DNA of 64,000 nucleotides from a virus (Duplodnaviria; Caudoviricetes): IMG/VR virus record IMGVR_UViG_3300042288_001626; one strand, 5' to 3'. Shown piece by piece: positions 39,650 to 49,421 of this stretch (position 1 is its first letter; each line of letters starts with the position of its first letter). The notes under the pieces were generated by a model. It saw only the letters and a program-made list of their open reading frames with translations, ran no database searches and was not told where the DNA came from. The position numbers and the translations under genes were made by a program.

Positions 39650-40178
39650 TATGAATAAGACGGCACTTTCTTTACTTGTTTACTTATCCCTGTGCTTCTT
39701 TGCTAGTGGTGCCGATAGTCAGATAACTGCAGAGGTAAAGAAAAAGTTGCTCGCCGAGGTTGCGGGATTCCAACAAGACCTGTTGCAGGCAGACCAGCAG
39801 ATATACAAACTGCAACAAGACAATAATGCAATCATAGTTAAATTGCAAAATATGGAGTCTTGGGGATTGCTTCAACAAGAAGAAAAAGAAAGCTACTACC
39901 AGCAAGTATTGGAAGCTGAGAATAACTGGGCCGAGGCAAAAGCAACTATAGATCTAGAAAAAATGAAACAAAAACAATTGGCGGATAAATATGACAGAAT
40001 TAAGCGGATCTTTTGTTTGCTCGCTGGATCGTGTGCCGCTCTTTTGTTTCTAAAGTTCGAAAAGCTACTTCAACCTATTTTAACCTCGTTAGCAGGTCCT
40101 TGGGTACTTCTGACTCCTTTCATTGGTGTGTCTGTGTGCTTTTCAGTAGGTTATGGTGTAGCATATTTCTTTTTATAA
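39642..40178 (+). CDS. Membrane coiled-coil protein (spanin-like?)
   Basis: N-terminal hydrophobic leader, long coiled coil, two C-terminal hydrophobic segments. Confidence 0.45.
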   Translation: MNDMNKTALSLLVYLSLCFFASGADSQITAEVKKKLLAEVAGFQQDLLQADQQIYKLQQDNNAIIVKLQNMESWGLLQQEEKESYYQQVLEAENNWAEAKATIDLEKMKQKQLADKYDRIKRIFCLLAGSCAALLFLKFEKLLQPILTSLAGPWVLLTPFIGVSVCFSVGYGVAYFFL

Positions 40179-40181
40179 AGT

Positions 40182-40607
40182 ATGATAAATCAAATTAAAA
40201 ATATTTATAGTAATGCTGCTGCTTTTTTACAGCAAGGTGTAGCTCCACCAAATACCCCTCCAGAACAGCAGAAAGCGCTAGAGTCTATAAACCATCTAGC
40301 TTCAAAAAAGTTTTTTATAACTATGTCTGCTTTCCTGATTTTAGGGATAGCTTTCTGTGTAAATATGGTTTTGCTGTACAATATGGACAGTCACCCAAAT
40401 TTACTTCCTTCTTATGTGGTTATCTTTTCTAAGACCATAGAAGTTTTTGCCGCTATTATGGCTGTTTATCTTGGAGGACAAGCTGTGGTCGACTTAAAAT
40501 ATAACAGTTCTAGCAATGCTAGTATTTCTGAGAACATTCAAAAGACAGAAATACAGCAGACCACAAGCATAGCTATAGAAAAAGAAGAGGACTACTCTTT
40601 AGATTAA
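40182..40607 (+). CDS. Putative holin (2 TM segments)
   Basis: KKFFITMSAFLILGIAF...FAAIMAVYLGGQAVVD; directly upstream of the endolysin. Confidence 0.55.
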   Translation: MINQIKNIYSNAAAFLQQGVAPPNTPPEQQKALESINHLASKKFFITMSAFLILGIAFCVNMVLLYNMDSHPNLLPSYVVIFSKTIEVFAAIMAVYLGGQAVVDLKYNSSSNASISENIQKTEIQQTTSIAIEKEEDYSLD

Positions 40608-40608
40608 T

Positions 40609-41211
40609 ATGAAAATCAATAAAGAAGGCGAGCTATTCATTATCGAAGAAGAAACAGGAGGACGTGCCTATTATGAGGATGTCTATGAGAATACCTTTAT
40701 ATGGCCTGGAGGATTTAGCGGCTGCACGGCCATGGTAGGCGTCGATATAGGCTACTATAGCGAGCAAGACATTTCGCTTATGTTTAAGTCTATAGTCAGT
40801 GCCGATGAACTAGCCCTGATTCAAAAAGGTAGAGGACTGACCGGGTTAAAAGCAAAAGAATATCTGCCGAACTTAAAGAAGATTATTCTTACCTGGGAAG
40901 AGGCTATTTCTGTATTTAAAGCAGTTACATTGCCTAAATTTTGTGGACTCACAGCTAGAGTATTTCCTGGCGCAGACGATCTTTGTGAGGACGCTCAGGC
41001 AGCCTTATTATCTCTTGTCTTTAACAGAGGAACATCTGTAAGAGGCGAATCTAGAAAAGAAATGGCTGAGATTAAAAAGCTGGTGCCATCTAAAGACTAT
41101 GAAGGCATAGCCAAGCAGATAAAGAGCATGAAGCGGCTATGGGCGAAAGGCTCAGGCCTTCTAGGCAGACGAGACAGAGAAGCTGCGCTAGTGCTAAAGT
41201 GTACTAGCTAG
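40609..41211 (+). CDS. Endolysin, pesticin-C-like/T4-lysozyme-like muramidase
   Basis: IEEETGG...WPGGFSGCTAMVGVDIGY, ALLSLVFNRG and GLLGRRDREA. Confidence 0.8.
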   Translation: MKINKEGELFIIEEETGGRAYYEDVYENTFIWPGGFSGCTAMVGVDIGYYSEQDISLMFKSIVSADELALIQKGRGLTGLKAKEYLPNLKKIILTWEEAISVFKAVTLPKFCGLTARVFPGADDLCEDAQAALLSLVFNRGTSVRGESRKEMAEIKKLVPSKDYEGIAKQIKSMKRLWAKGSGLLGRRDREAALVLKCTS

Positions 41212-41528
41212 AACTTGTCGTCGTCGGAGTCGTCATCCAGGTCTTCGTCGACATGTTCTATAATTCTATGGTTTTCTTCCTCGTCTCTCAGCGCAGTATT
41301 TTGCATATGCTGCAGCGCTGCGGTGACATGCATGTTTGCAAAGTTAGTTAATCCCAGTCTTATGACTGCGTTGTCGTAAGACTCGTGAGCATACAGATCT
41401 CCTTGCTCGTTACACACCAAAAGCAGATACCCTCGCGTGTATTCTTCTAGCTGCAATAGAAAGCTGTGAGGTATTTCAAATCCTTCCTGGTTGTTGTTTT
41501 CTTGCATATACTTATTATAGCTGGTCAA
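41208..41528 (-). CDS. Acidic hypothetical protein
   Basis: 106-aa ORF convergent with the endolysin gene. Confidence 0.55.
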   Translation of the reverse strand: MTSYNKYMQENNNQEGFEIPHSFLLQLEEYTRGYLLLVCNEQGDLYAHESYDNAVIRLGLTNFANMHVTAALQHMQNTALRDEEENHRIIEHVDEDLDDDSDDDKF

Positions 41529-41533
41529 TAGCT

Positions 41534-41565
41534 AAAAAAAAGGAAAAACCATTACGGTTCTTCCT
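41534..41565 (-). terminator. Rho-independent terminator
   Basis: AGGAAGAACC/GGTTTTTCCT stem followed by a T tract. Confidence 0.7.
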
Positions 41566-41576
41566 TTCTATTTAAT

Positions 41577-42092
41577 CTAGTTTAAAGCTACATACTCGGC
41601 ACGCTCCGCATCAGATAAAGGTGTACGCAATAGATCAGAACTTACATGCTTTTCTTCGCAGAAGTCTGATGTTCCATACATTTTTCTGTAGTGATATACA
41701 TACTTACCCTGCAGCGGTGAAAATTTGTTGCTTGCTGTTTTGGGTATGTTGAGCTTGCTGAATATGTCGTCGATAGTTAGATACTGAAGATATTGTTTTT
41801 GAATTTCGTTTACTTGTGCCGTCACTGAAGCAGGCAAATCGCTGAAATGAACTTTGGGGTATTTCTTAGCTTTGGAGTCTATTGAATTAAAGAACGTATA
41901 GCGAATTACGTCTTTGTAATACTCCAGGTTATTATCCACATGATCTGCAAATCTATCCGCCAATACGGCAGTGACCGCAGTCTTACCTAAATCTTTATTT
42001 CCCCAAGCTAGGGTCGACAGAATCGAGGACTTTGGCGTATAACTGACTTTCGAGAGACTTGATCTTTTCGATGTGTAGTCGAAGCTCTTCAT
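41577..42092 (-). CDS. Hypothetical protein
   Basis: 171-aa ORF; start uncertain because of about 100 nt overlap with the upstream ORF. Confidence 0.45.
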   Translation of the reverse strand: MKSFDYTSKRSSLSKVSYTPKSSILSTLAWGNKDLGKTAVTAVLADRFADHVDNNLEYYKDVIRYTFFNSIDSKAKKYPKVHFSDLPASVTAQVNEIQKQYLQYLTIDDIFSKLNIPKTASNKFSPLQGKYVYHYRKMYGTSDFCEEKHVSSDLLRTPLSDAERAEYVALN

Positions 42093-42285
42093 CCCTGATG
42101 TCTTTATAGTCCTCTATGTCTTGATGCCAATAAGCTGTTATACCTCCAACTGCTACAGCGAACAAAAGAGGGCAACTTAGGATTATGTAAGTGCCTACCA
42201 CAAATTTGTTCGATGTTGCTAGTGCGGCAATACCTAAAAAAGCCAGAAAGCTTATACCTACGATAAGTAATTTTTTGTTTTTCAT
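41995..42285 (-). CDS. Membrane protein (2 TM segments)
   Basis: LLIVGISFLAFLGIAAL and YIILSCPLLFAVAVGGI. Confidence 0.55.
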   Translation of the reverse strand: MKNKKLLIVGISFLAFLGIAALATSNKFVVGTYIILSCPLLFAVAVGGITAYWHQDIEDYKDIRDEELRLHIEKIKSLESQLYAKVLDSVDPSLGK

Positions 42286-42294
42286 AAGAAGTCT

Positions 42295-42316
42295 GGCGGG
42301 GGAGTTACCCCCCGCC
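42295..42316. terminator. GC-rich hairpin, terminator-like
   Basis: ggcggggg-6 nt-cccccgcc. Confidence 0.5.
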
Positions 42317-42330
42317 TTTAACTACGCAAA

Positions 42331-43128
42331 TTACCTCAGATCTTTGATCGTAAGAACCTGTGAAGGCTTGGGTTTGTTGACCCATACTTTCTTCATAGGC
42401 TTAGGTACGTACTCATCTTCCTGACTCAGTTCCACGAAACCGCTTTCACGGAATTCTGGAAACGGATTTGATCTTACATCGAGACCAGGGATCCAGCTTA
42501 CGAGGCGATGTGTGTCTCTTGTGATCTTCATGGTTACGGTATGGTACCGAATTATCTGCTTGTGAGGAATGTCTCCCCAGGCAGCATCAGTAGTAACCCC
42601 ACCAACACCACGACAAACCCACTTCAACTGTCTGCGAAGATATCCGTTTTTCTTCGTACACTTCAACAGAGCCAGTTGCACCTTCTTGTTCTTGATGAAC
42701 TCAGAAGGAATGTCCATGAACATTACATTCCGGACACTTACCTGCCATTTACCGACGGGCAGTCTTCCAGTCAAAACAAATACCTCGTCTTTGTCTTTCC
42801 CGGTGTAGTTCTGCATCTGAGTAAGGTGAGTCAAATCGCTGACAACCTCAAGAAGGTCGTTAACCGACTCAACCTTTTCACCTCCTCTTCTCTTGATCCA
42901 AACAAACTCGCTCTGGATCTTACAAGGAAACCGCATAGGGTCAAATCCCTCTACAGGACTCTCCGCATTTTGCATACAGAGGGCATCCTGATTTCTCGTG
43001 ATGCAGTCAACCAGATAGTCTGCGTCGATCACTATGTTGTTTTCAGGCAGTGCAGTGCGGCTTACATGATCGCTCGAGGCGTCAACTGTTTCGAGCACTT
43101 CATCCAACATTTCGATTTCTTGAGACAT
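42331..43128 (-). CDS. Hypothetical early protein
   Basis: 265-aa ORF downstream of the extended -10 promoter. Confidence 0.6.
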   Translation of the reverse strand: MSQEIEMLDEVLETVDASSDHVSRTALPENNIVIDADYLVDCITRNQDALCMQNAESPVEGFDPMRFPCKIQSEFVWIKRRGGEKVESVNDLLEVVSDLTHLTQMQNYTGKDKDEVFVLTGRLPVGKWQVSVRNVMFMDIPSEFIKNKKVQLALLKCTKKNGYLRRQLKWVCRGVGGVTTDAAWGDIPHKQIIRYHTVTMKITRDTHRLVSWIPGLDVRSNPFPEFRESGFVELSQEDEYVPKPMKKVWVNKPKPSQVLTIKDLR

Positions 43129-43232
43129 AATACGATAACTATACTCTATCTTTTTTTCTTTCTTTGCTTATACAGGCTAAGAAAATTTCCTGTTCTCCTG
43201 CGCAGGAGTAACACACCTTTCAGCGTATCAAT

Positions 43233-43248
43233 ATATTATACCACAAAT
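43233..43248 (-). promoter_or_regulatory. Extended -10 promoter
   Basis: ATTTGTGGTATAATAT, identical to 32197-32212. Confidence 0.7.
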
Positions 43249-43348
43249 TTGCAGTTTTTATTGCGTTAGGTAGCCAGTATCACAGCCACAATTTCCTTAC
43301 ACAAATTAATAGTGCTCAATATAATTAAAACAATTAACAGCAGATATC

Positions 43349-43795
43349 TCATTCTTGCTCTTCTCTCAGCGGGAACTTCCTCTTTAAAAAATATTTCAGA
43401 GGTTCAATAATAATTCCGAGTTCCTCGTCTTCACTCTCCATAACGAACAAACCTCCAAGCCCTCTATAAAACTTATCTCTACTTACCGCAAGCATAAGTG
43501 ACTTTGTATAGAAAGACACGAAGTCTAAATCAAAGTTGTCTAGAAAGTCTTTGGACTCACTATACAGAGCGCTTTTTTTAAATGTATCAAATACAATTAA
43601 CTGATTTAATCCTGCTGCTTTTTTTGTAACCGCAAATCTTATAGGTCTGTCCAATCTTTCAAGTTCTAGTGTAATTACTGGAGATTCCTCTCCGTTTTGT
43701 TCTAGATAATCTTTTGCAGCCTCGCGTACTGCAGACCTCGGCATCTTAAGATGCTGTTTAATTTCTTGGCATGTTTTAATTTGCTCGTATGTCAT
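43349..43795 (-). CDS. Hypothetical protein
   Basis: 148-aa ORF with ATGA-type overlap. Confidence 0.55.
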   Translation of the reverse strand: MTYEQIKTCQEIKQHLKMPRSAVREAAKDYLEQNGEESPVITLELERLDRPIRFAVTKKAAGLNQLIVFDTFKKSALYSESKDFLDNFDLDFVSFYTKSLMLAVSRDKFYRGLGGLFVMESEDEELGIIIEPLKYFLKRKFPLREEQE

Positions 43796-44058
43796 CTGAA
43801 TCTCACAATTTCGTTAATTTTTTCTTCGATAGTTTTCTTCCAAATAACTATATCTGCGTCGATGTTTTCTTCGCAACAAAACCCAGCCTTTTCGGCCGAA
43901 GCTTTACAGTCAACCTGACAAAGACAAGATTCAGGAATAAGCTGGTTATAGGCATTGTCGACAACCAAAGCGTCGACGCTTACGCCAAGCATTTCTGAAA
44001 ATGTAAGAGGATTGTCTGTGTTCTCCCCTGAGTCTCTGTTGTATACCCTAATGCACAT
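43792..44058 (-). CDS. Hypothetical protein
   Basis: 88-aa ORF. Confidence 0.5.
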   Translation of the reverse strand: MCIRVYNRDSGENTDNPLTFSEMLGVSVDALVVDNAYNQLIPESCLCQVDCKASAEKAGFCCEENIDADIVIWKKTIEEKINEIVRFR

Positions 44059-45157
44059 CTTTAATTTGCGTTGAGATCATTTTTTTTATTTGTGCTGCCG
44101 CTAAATAGCCTTTATCAAGAATCGTGAAAGCGAGACCAGACTCGTCTCCATAAGTCTCTAAAATAGCTCTTGCTGCCTGCTTGCGTCCTTCTTTTGTTGT
44201 ATCTATTTTAAAAGGGTCTATAGCGGCAAGTATAGCAGATTCTCTGTTCTTAGCTTTTTGATAGTGCTCTGTTACTTCCTTAGCCAAAGCCTCCGCTTCA
44301 GGCAAACACTCAAAATCCATGAATGTTTTTAATGCAGCTATAAAATCGTCATGCTGAGGGAACCCTTGACTTACAAACAGATCGAGCATGAAGTTTATGT
44401 TACAGTTTCCTCTCAGTCTATGTCTTTCAAGGTACCATTCACACTTAACTTTCTTTATACTCTGCCCATTGTCGAAATAAACACAGTATCCTTCTGCCCG
44501 AGTCATGCTTGCTAGTCTATCGTACAGATCTTTGAAGCTAGCTATTCGATAACACTCAGCTGTACCTACATGCAAATCGCCTAGAGCTATTTCCGGCAAA
44601 TGTACCTGCGGTACGTACGTATAGTTAGCATGCTCTACAATACCTATCAGTTTAATATCTGTTTGCGCCCCATAATCAACAACGATTTTATTGTTTCTGG
44701 TGGTCCACTCATAGATATAGGATACGTCTTTTTCAAGCTTTGAAGGATCGAACACTTTTGGATATCTCTTTTTAAGAACGGCTATATCATCTCTAGTCTT
44801 CTCGTGTTCTTCGACATCAAACGTTCCTCGTGTTCTTACTATTAGCTCTCCTCTAAATACAGAGACTATCAAACAAGAACCATCAATTTTCTCAATGACA
44901 TGAGCTACGTTATCCTTTAAATCTTGCTCCACAAAGTCAGGGCAAACTTCGGCAGCTTCTCCAAGATTAAAAAACTTTTTAAATCCTAGCGAGACAGGTT
45001 CACCAGACGCTGTCCATATGCTGCTTCTATATATCAGATTGTCTTTGGTCCAGGACACTCCAATCTTTGAAGGAAACACGAGATAGCATTTTTCTCCAGC
45101 TATCTCGCGCTCTCTTACAATGAATCCTTTGTTTTTTAACTCGTCGAATTTATTCAT
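44048..45157 (-). CDS. rnlA: RNA ligase 1 (T4 RnlA-like)
   Basis: GFKKFFNLGE, motif I EKIDGS, YIYEW, EGYCV and KKVKCEWY. Confidence 0.85.
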   Translation of the reverse strand: MNKFDELKNKGFIVREREIAGEKCYLVFPSKIGVSWTKDNLIYRSSIWTASGEPVSLGFKKFFNLGEAAEVCPDFVEQDLKDNVAHVIEKIDGSCLIVSVFRGELIVRTRGTFDVEEHEKTRDDIAVLKKRYPKVFDPSKLEKDVSYIYEWTTRNNKIVVDYGAQTDIKLIGIVEHANYTYVPQVHLPEIALGDLHVGTAECYRIASFKDLYDRLASMTRAEGYCVYFDNGQSIKKVKCEWYLERHRLRGNCNINFMLDLFVSQGFPQHDDFIAALKTFMDFECLPEAEALAKEVTEHYQKAKNRESAILAAIDPFKIDTTKEGRKQAARAILETYGDESGLAFTILDKGYLAAAQIKKMISTQIKDVH

Positions 45158-45482
45158 TTGAGGAGGGTTTCAGAACTCCACAGAACGTACATCTGACGAT
45201 TTCATCTTTATGTTCAGAGTAAACACCTGTAAGACAGCTACGACAATGCTCATAGATAGGTGCGTTGCTATCATCCTCAGGAGCAAAACTTGCAGAGCTG
45301 TTCGGCTCTGTTCCTGCTCCTACAACAGGGCAGAAAAACCCTACAGACATGGAAGCCGAATACTTTCCTTCTGATTTGCTGACTTGATTAGCATCTGTTT
45401 TGGGTGTAGATGCCGTGATCATTGCCAAGGCAGCACCAAAAAGCAGAGCCACCGTCACCGAGTTTTTAATAAGGTTCTTCAT
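45150..45482 (-). CDS. Hypothetical protein with signal peptide and Cys pairs
   Basis: Hydrophobic leader; CRSC and CTFC. Confidence 0.5.
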   Translation of the reverse strand: MKNLIKNSVTVALLFGAALAMITASTPKTDANQVSKSEGKYSASMSVGFFCPVVGAGTEPNSSASFAPEDDSNAPIYEHCRSCLTGVYSEHKDEIVRCTFCGVLKPSSNE

Positions 45483-45489
45483 AGAAATG

Positions 45490-45732
45490 TTAGTTTTTGT
45501 TGTCTTCGAATAGGTTGATGTTTTTGTCTAGCTCCTCGTTAGTTTTGGAGTTATATACTGCGTCAAACAAGTAATCTAACTTTTTGCTCTCTTCTTTTTC
45601 AAAGTAAATCAAGTCAGTCCATCCTAGATCTTTGACCAGTTGTTTGAAGAGTGCGTCTTGTGAAGCTTGCAGATTTGCTACAAGCTCCCTAACAAACTTA
45701 ATTTTTTCTTTTTGAGTTTTACTTAAAGCCAT
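45490..45732 (-). CDS. Hypothetical protein
   Basis: 80-aa ORF in a tightly packed operon. Confidence 0.55.
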   Translation of the reverse strand: MALSKTQKEKIKFVRELVANLQASQDALFKQLVKDLGWTDLIYFEKEESKKLDYLFDAVYNSKTNEELDKNINLFEDNKN

Positions 45733-45733
45733 A

Positions 45734-46597
45734 TTAAAAATCTCCTCTAGCTACCTGCCATACTTGAAGACCCATCTCTCTGAGCGCATCCACAACCTGC
45801 TGTCTGTCATCCAAAACAAAGGAAATATAATACTCGGGGAGAATGTCTCGCTTGTAGATTTCTTCTTTAAGAATACTATCTTTACGATTGTCTCCGGCAG
45901 GTCTCATATACAGAAGAAAAGAGCCTGGAGTGATATCACACTTATGATGCAACCACTTTAAGGTTTCCTCTCTGCAGGTATCTTCGCGACCACTCACAAA
46001 TATCAATTTATGATATGTTCGCTGCATGTTTTTTATGCACTCAAGAACAGAGTAGTTTACTTCATCCGTATAACACTTCTCCAGCTCAAAAGGTCCTCTA
46101 GCCACATGTATAGCTAGTGTGCCGTCAAGATCACAAACAATAGCAGGAGGCAGATCAGGATCATTCTTTATTTTCGGTTTATTAGGCAGTACATACCTAT
46201 TATACATATCTACAATAACCTTATCTGGTACCTGGTTTGTTCTGTTCCGATTCCTGAACAAACACTCTGACAGAGAAACATCAAAGTCTTTAACCTCGAA
46301 CACTGCTCCTGCCAGAGAAGCCATGCTCTGGATGTTGGTGATGTGATGACTGGCAAAGTTTGTATCGTCGACAACAACACTATAACCATTATCTAGCGCA
46401 GCTTTGATGGCTGCGTCTCTCACCAACAACACCTGTTTCTCGTTATCTTTACTCCACTTGCTGTTATGCATCATAAGCCGCAAGTCATCTTTATTGATAC
46501 GCATCCAGCCAGGGTTGCGTTCGACAAAATCCTTAGCCCATGTGCTTTTACCACTAGCAGGAAGCCCTCTAAGTACAGTTACTCTCTTCTGATTCAT
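45734..46597 (-). CDS. pseT: Polynucleotide 5'-kinase/3'-phosphatase (T4 PseT-like)
   Basis: GLPASGKST P-loop with RINKDDLR, plus HAD domain CDLDGTLA, FVSGR, DSILK, LDDR. Confidence 0.92.
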   Translation of the reverse strand: MNQKRVTVLRGLPASGKSTWAKDFVERNPGWMRINKDDLRLMMHNSKWSKDNEKQVLLVRDAAIKAALDNGYSVVVDDTNFASHHITNIQSMASLAGAVFEVKDFDVSLSECLFRNRNRTNQVPDKVIVDMYNRYVLPNKPKIKNDPDLPPAIVCDLDGTLAIHVARGPFELEKCYTDEVNYSVLECIKNMQRTYHKLIFVSGREDTCREETLKWLHHKCDITPGSFLLYMRPAGDNRKDSILKEEIYKRDILPEYYISFVLDDRQQVVDALREMGLQVWQVARGDF

Positions 46598-47186
46598 ATT
46601 CTTTCAGTGTTTCTGGGTCGTATTTTTTTACTGCATGCTCTCTACACAAAGTAGAGTGCCATCCTACTCTGTAGATTTTACCTGGCGCTCCACACATCTC
46701 ACAGGTTACCTCACTCAGGGACTCAGCGTAATCTACAACCATGTTTGCCGCCTCGCTGGCATTGTGTATGTATATACGTAGAGTACCGAACTTTTCTTTT
46801 ACCTGCAAAACAACAGGAAGCTTCGATTCTTCCTCACTAAGTTTTAACAAAGCTTTATCATATTGATTCTGTAGATCAGCGACAAGCTCACTATCTGATG
46901 GCGTTTTACCTTCAGTTTCCAAACTATAGGTAGCCATACGGTTCCGCATAGCTAGATAATTAGGAAGGTCATCTAAATAGTTTTCGTAGTATTTTATATC
47001 CCTTCTCGCCAATAAGACTTTGCTGTATAGCGTTTCACAACACTTGTCTATAATATTATACCACCCAGGACCGCACTCTATACCGAAGAGAGCATAGGGT
47101 ACTCTAGCCTCGTCCTCATATTGAAAGAGCTTGGGATATTTTATTTTAAGGTCTGCGTATTTATCTTCTGTTTCTTCTGTTTCCAT
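46569..47186 (-). CDS. Conserved phage hypothetical protein (CGxGW / KEKFGxL family)
   Basis: IECGPGWYNII, QVKEKFGTLRIY, TCEMCGAPG...GWHSTLC. Confidence 0.65.
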   Translation of the reverse strand: METEETEDKYADLKIKYPKLFQYEDEARVPYALFGIECGPGWYNIIDKCCETLYSKVLLARRDIKYYENYLDDLPNYLAMRNRMATYSLETEGKTPSDSELVADLQNQYDKALLKLSEEESKLPVVLQVKEKFGTLRIYIHNASEAANMVVDYAESLSEVTCEMCGAPGKIYRVGWHSTLCREHAVKKYDPETLKEYESEESNCT

Positions 47187-47188
47187 AT

Positions 47189-47365
47189 CTATTTTTCTAC
47201 TACTTCCAGACTATAGCCATCTTTCTCTTTATATAGACCTCGCAAGTCAGTCACCTCTCGATTCATTGCTTCTCGGTCTTTGCGTATAAACGGGTAGGAT
47301 CCTACTATACGCCTACCGCTCTTTGTGCGTCTGTCTTTTATGTAAATATTCAGAATAAACTCCAT
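47189..47365 (-). CDS. Small hypothetical protein (58 aa), not in the ORF track
   Basis: MEFILNIYIKDRRTKSGRRIVGSYPF...; fills the gap with 2-nt spacing on each side. Confidence 0.6.
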   Translation of the reverse strand: MEFILNIYIKDRRTKSGRRIVGSYPFIRKDREAMNREVTDLRGLYKEKDGYSLEVVEK

Positions 47366-47367
47366 AA

Positions 47368-48498
47368 CTAGATATGTACCTCTTCTAACGTCCTGGTTCT
47401 TATCTTTACTGTGTTGTTAAACCTCGGGATTCCGTCGCTGCTAAGATTCTGATATTTTACAGTTGCCTGCATACCTAGAATCTCTTCTCGACGAGCCCAC
47501 AATCTTTTTTGATATTCGATACCGCCTACAGGAACAGAGTCAAACTCTTTACCGTCAGGCATACCTAATCGTAAGATTATGCATCCCTCGCGGCTGCCTT
47601 TACCTTCTTTGAATCCCATGATTTCATACTCACTTTCGTGAAAATCCTTCCGCTTAAGAAGGTCTTTCGTTCTTTTGTGTTGGTATAGACTGTTCCATGT
47701 ACGGATCATCTGACCCTCATACCCTTCTGCCATATATGATCTGTATGCTTTATCTAGTGCTTCCTGGTCGTCTGCACTCAGCGTAGTTACCGCAGCAATG
47801 TACGGACTGTCGACCTCTCTAACAAGATAGCTGTAGTCTGCCCGCCTTTGTTTGAAGTCGATATCTTCCTGAGTGATGATATCGTACACATGATACTTTA
47901 CTGATTTTTTACACTTCTCGATATCTGCGGCTGAAGCTTTTGGCTGCTTCACAATGCTCACAATTTCCTCAAACTTATCTTTAAGTTCATGCGAATACAT
48001 CTCACCGTCAAAAGCAAGCAGACCTGGGTACTTATCGAACACAGACTGTACCGCATCTCTGATGTGCTGTAAGGTAGCAAAAGGTTTCCATTGGCGGCTG
48101 AACACTCCTTCTCTTGTTACGATGCACCTTAAACCATCTAGTTTAGGTTGACTGTACACAGGAAACTCTAGCTTGTCTTTATAGTCTATATAATCTTTAG
48201 CAAGCATAGGATCGAGCCGAAGAGAGCGTACAACATCGCCAAGAGCACCCATATCTTCGACGTAACCCTCATCCTTTTTCTTCTGCCATTTAGCTCGGGA
48301 TTCGAGCTCTGCCTGCTGATCAGCAGTAGTCTCATTCTTTTTACCGATGTTTTTGCCCTTACATTTCGTAGGTACGTTAGTAATTTTCTTACCATCTGTT
48401 TGTCCACTCACAGTGTAGTATTCTCCATTATCGAAGAATATTTGCCATTCCTGTGTGGCTCCTGTGGCTGTTTTTTTGAATAGTTTCGGCAATTCCAT
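47368..48498 (-). CDS. lig: ATP-dependent DNA ligase
   Basis: PMLAK, QPKLDGLRC, FDGEMY, YHVYDI, YEGQMIR, LLKRK, and an OB domain ending PRF. Confidence 0.92.
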   Translation of the reverse strand: MELPKLFKKTATGATQEWQIFFDNGEYYTVSGQTDGKKITNVPTKCKGKNIGKKNETTADQQAELESRAKWQKKKDEGYVEDMGALGDVVRSLRLDPMLAKDYIDYKDKLEFPVYSQPKLDGLRCIVTREGVFSRQWKPFATLQHIRDAVQSVFDKYPGLLAFDGEMYSHELKDKFEEIVSIVKQPKASAADIEKCKKSVKYHVYDIITQEDIDFKQRRADYSYLVREVDSPYIAAVTTLSADDQEALDKAYRSYMAEGYEGQMIRTWNSLYQHKRTKDLLKRKDFHESEYEIMGFKEGKGSREGCIILRLGMPDGKEFDSVPVGGIEYQKRLWARREEILGMQATVKYQNLSSDGIPRFNNTVKIRTRTLEEVHI

Positions 48499-48551
48499 AT
48501 TACTTATTTTTTACTGTCCTTGTGATGGTGACCGTCTTTCTTAACGTTACA

Positions 48552-48974
48552 TTACCCTTCTTGATTGTCTTCACCTGCTGTCTTGTAGTTTTCATTTGCG
48601 TTTTTTCTATAGTCTATTTCGTCGCGAAATACTTTTCTGATGGTTTCGTTTAACTGGTTTTGAGTAGCTAATATTGCTACAATATGCTCATCATCCAGCG
48701 AAGCTAGAGTTTTCCTATGAAACTTTTCTTTTCCAGACTTGCCATAAGTTCCCCATTTAAATACCTCTCTTATGGTTGCGTGAGGGTCGCTAGAGTAGAC
48801 GGAAGCATCCTGAGCTGCTTCTTTATTCACACTTCTGCGAACATACTCTAGACCTCCGTCGACACTGTATGTTTCTCCGTTAGCATCAACATAAGACTTG
48901 TAGTCGTGTCTATGTAACGACTCTAGCCTAGTGCCGTCAGGGGTGATAATAGCGTTTACTAATAGCTGTTTCAT
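48552..48974 (-). CDS. Conserved phage hypothetical protein
   Basis: LESLHRHDY...SVDGGLEYVRR motif. Confidence 0.6.
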   Translation of the reverse strand: MKQLLVNAIITPDGTRLESLHRHDYKSYVDANGETYSVDGGLEYVRRSVNKEAAQDASVYSSDPHATIREVFKWGTYGKSGKEKFHRKTLASLDDEHIVAILATQNQLNETIRKVFRDEIDYRKNANENYKTAGEDNQEG

Positions 48975-49408
48975 AGCTGTGCTGCAGCGGGTGCTACTAT
49001 TTGAGGAAAGTACTCTTCAAATTCTTGTAATCCTTGATTCAACAACCGCATTGCTTCATTAATTATATCTAATTTAAATGCCCGCTGTTCGTATGTAAGA
49101 TTTTTAAAATCTGAAAAATATTGTCTAATCTGAAGGTTACCAGATGAATATGTTCCAGCGATAAGCGGGTTATATTTCAGGTAAGACCGAGTTTCTGTAT
49201 AGTACACTTCCTCTACTTCCTGATTATTTACTACAAAAAAGTCGCAGACAAAGTAACACTTGCTTATCAGTTTTGGGTCTAGCCGAAGTGAAAGACCAGG
49301 CTCAGAGAAAAAAGATATATCGATAACTTTATTTTTATCGGGAGGCATAAGATTTGGAATACCTCTTTTTAGCGTGCAGCCTTTGTTACTGAATAGAATT
49401 CTGTTCAT
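48971..49408 (-). CDS. Hypothetical protein
   Basis: 145-aa ORF with ATGA overlap. Confidence 0.55.
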   Translation of the reverse strand: MNRILFSNKGCTLKRGIPNLMPPDKNKVIDISFFSEPGLSLRLDPKLISKCYFVCDFFVVNNQEVEEVYYTETRSYLKYNPLIAGTYSSGNLQIRQYFSDFKNLTYEQRAFKLDIINEAMRLLNQGLQEFEEYFPQIVAPAAAQL

Positions 49409-49421
49409 TATGGTTTATAGT

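Noticed and set aside
42508-43269. 253-aa plus-strand ORF
   Set aside because: It is antisense to the 265-aa gene and runs through its promoter; no motifs.
47050-47066. TGGTATAAT resembling the promoter motif
   Set aside because: It lies inside a CDS where it encodes the conserved GWYN residues.
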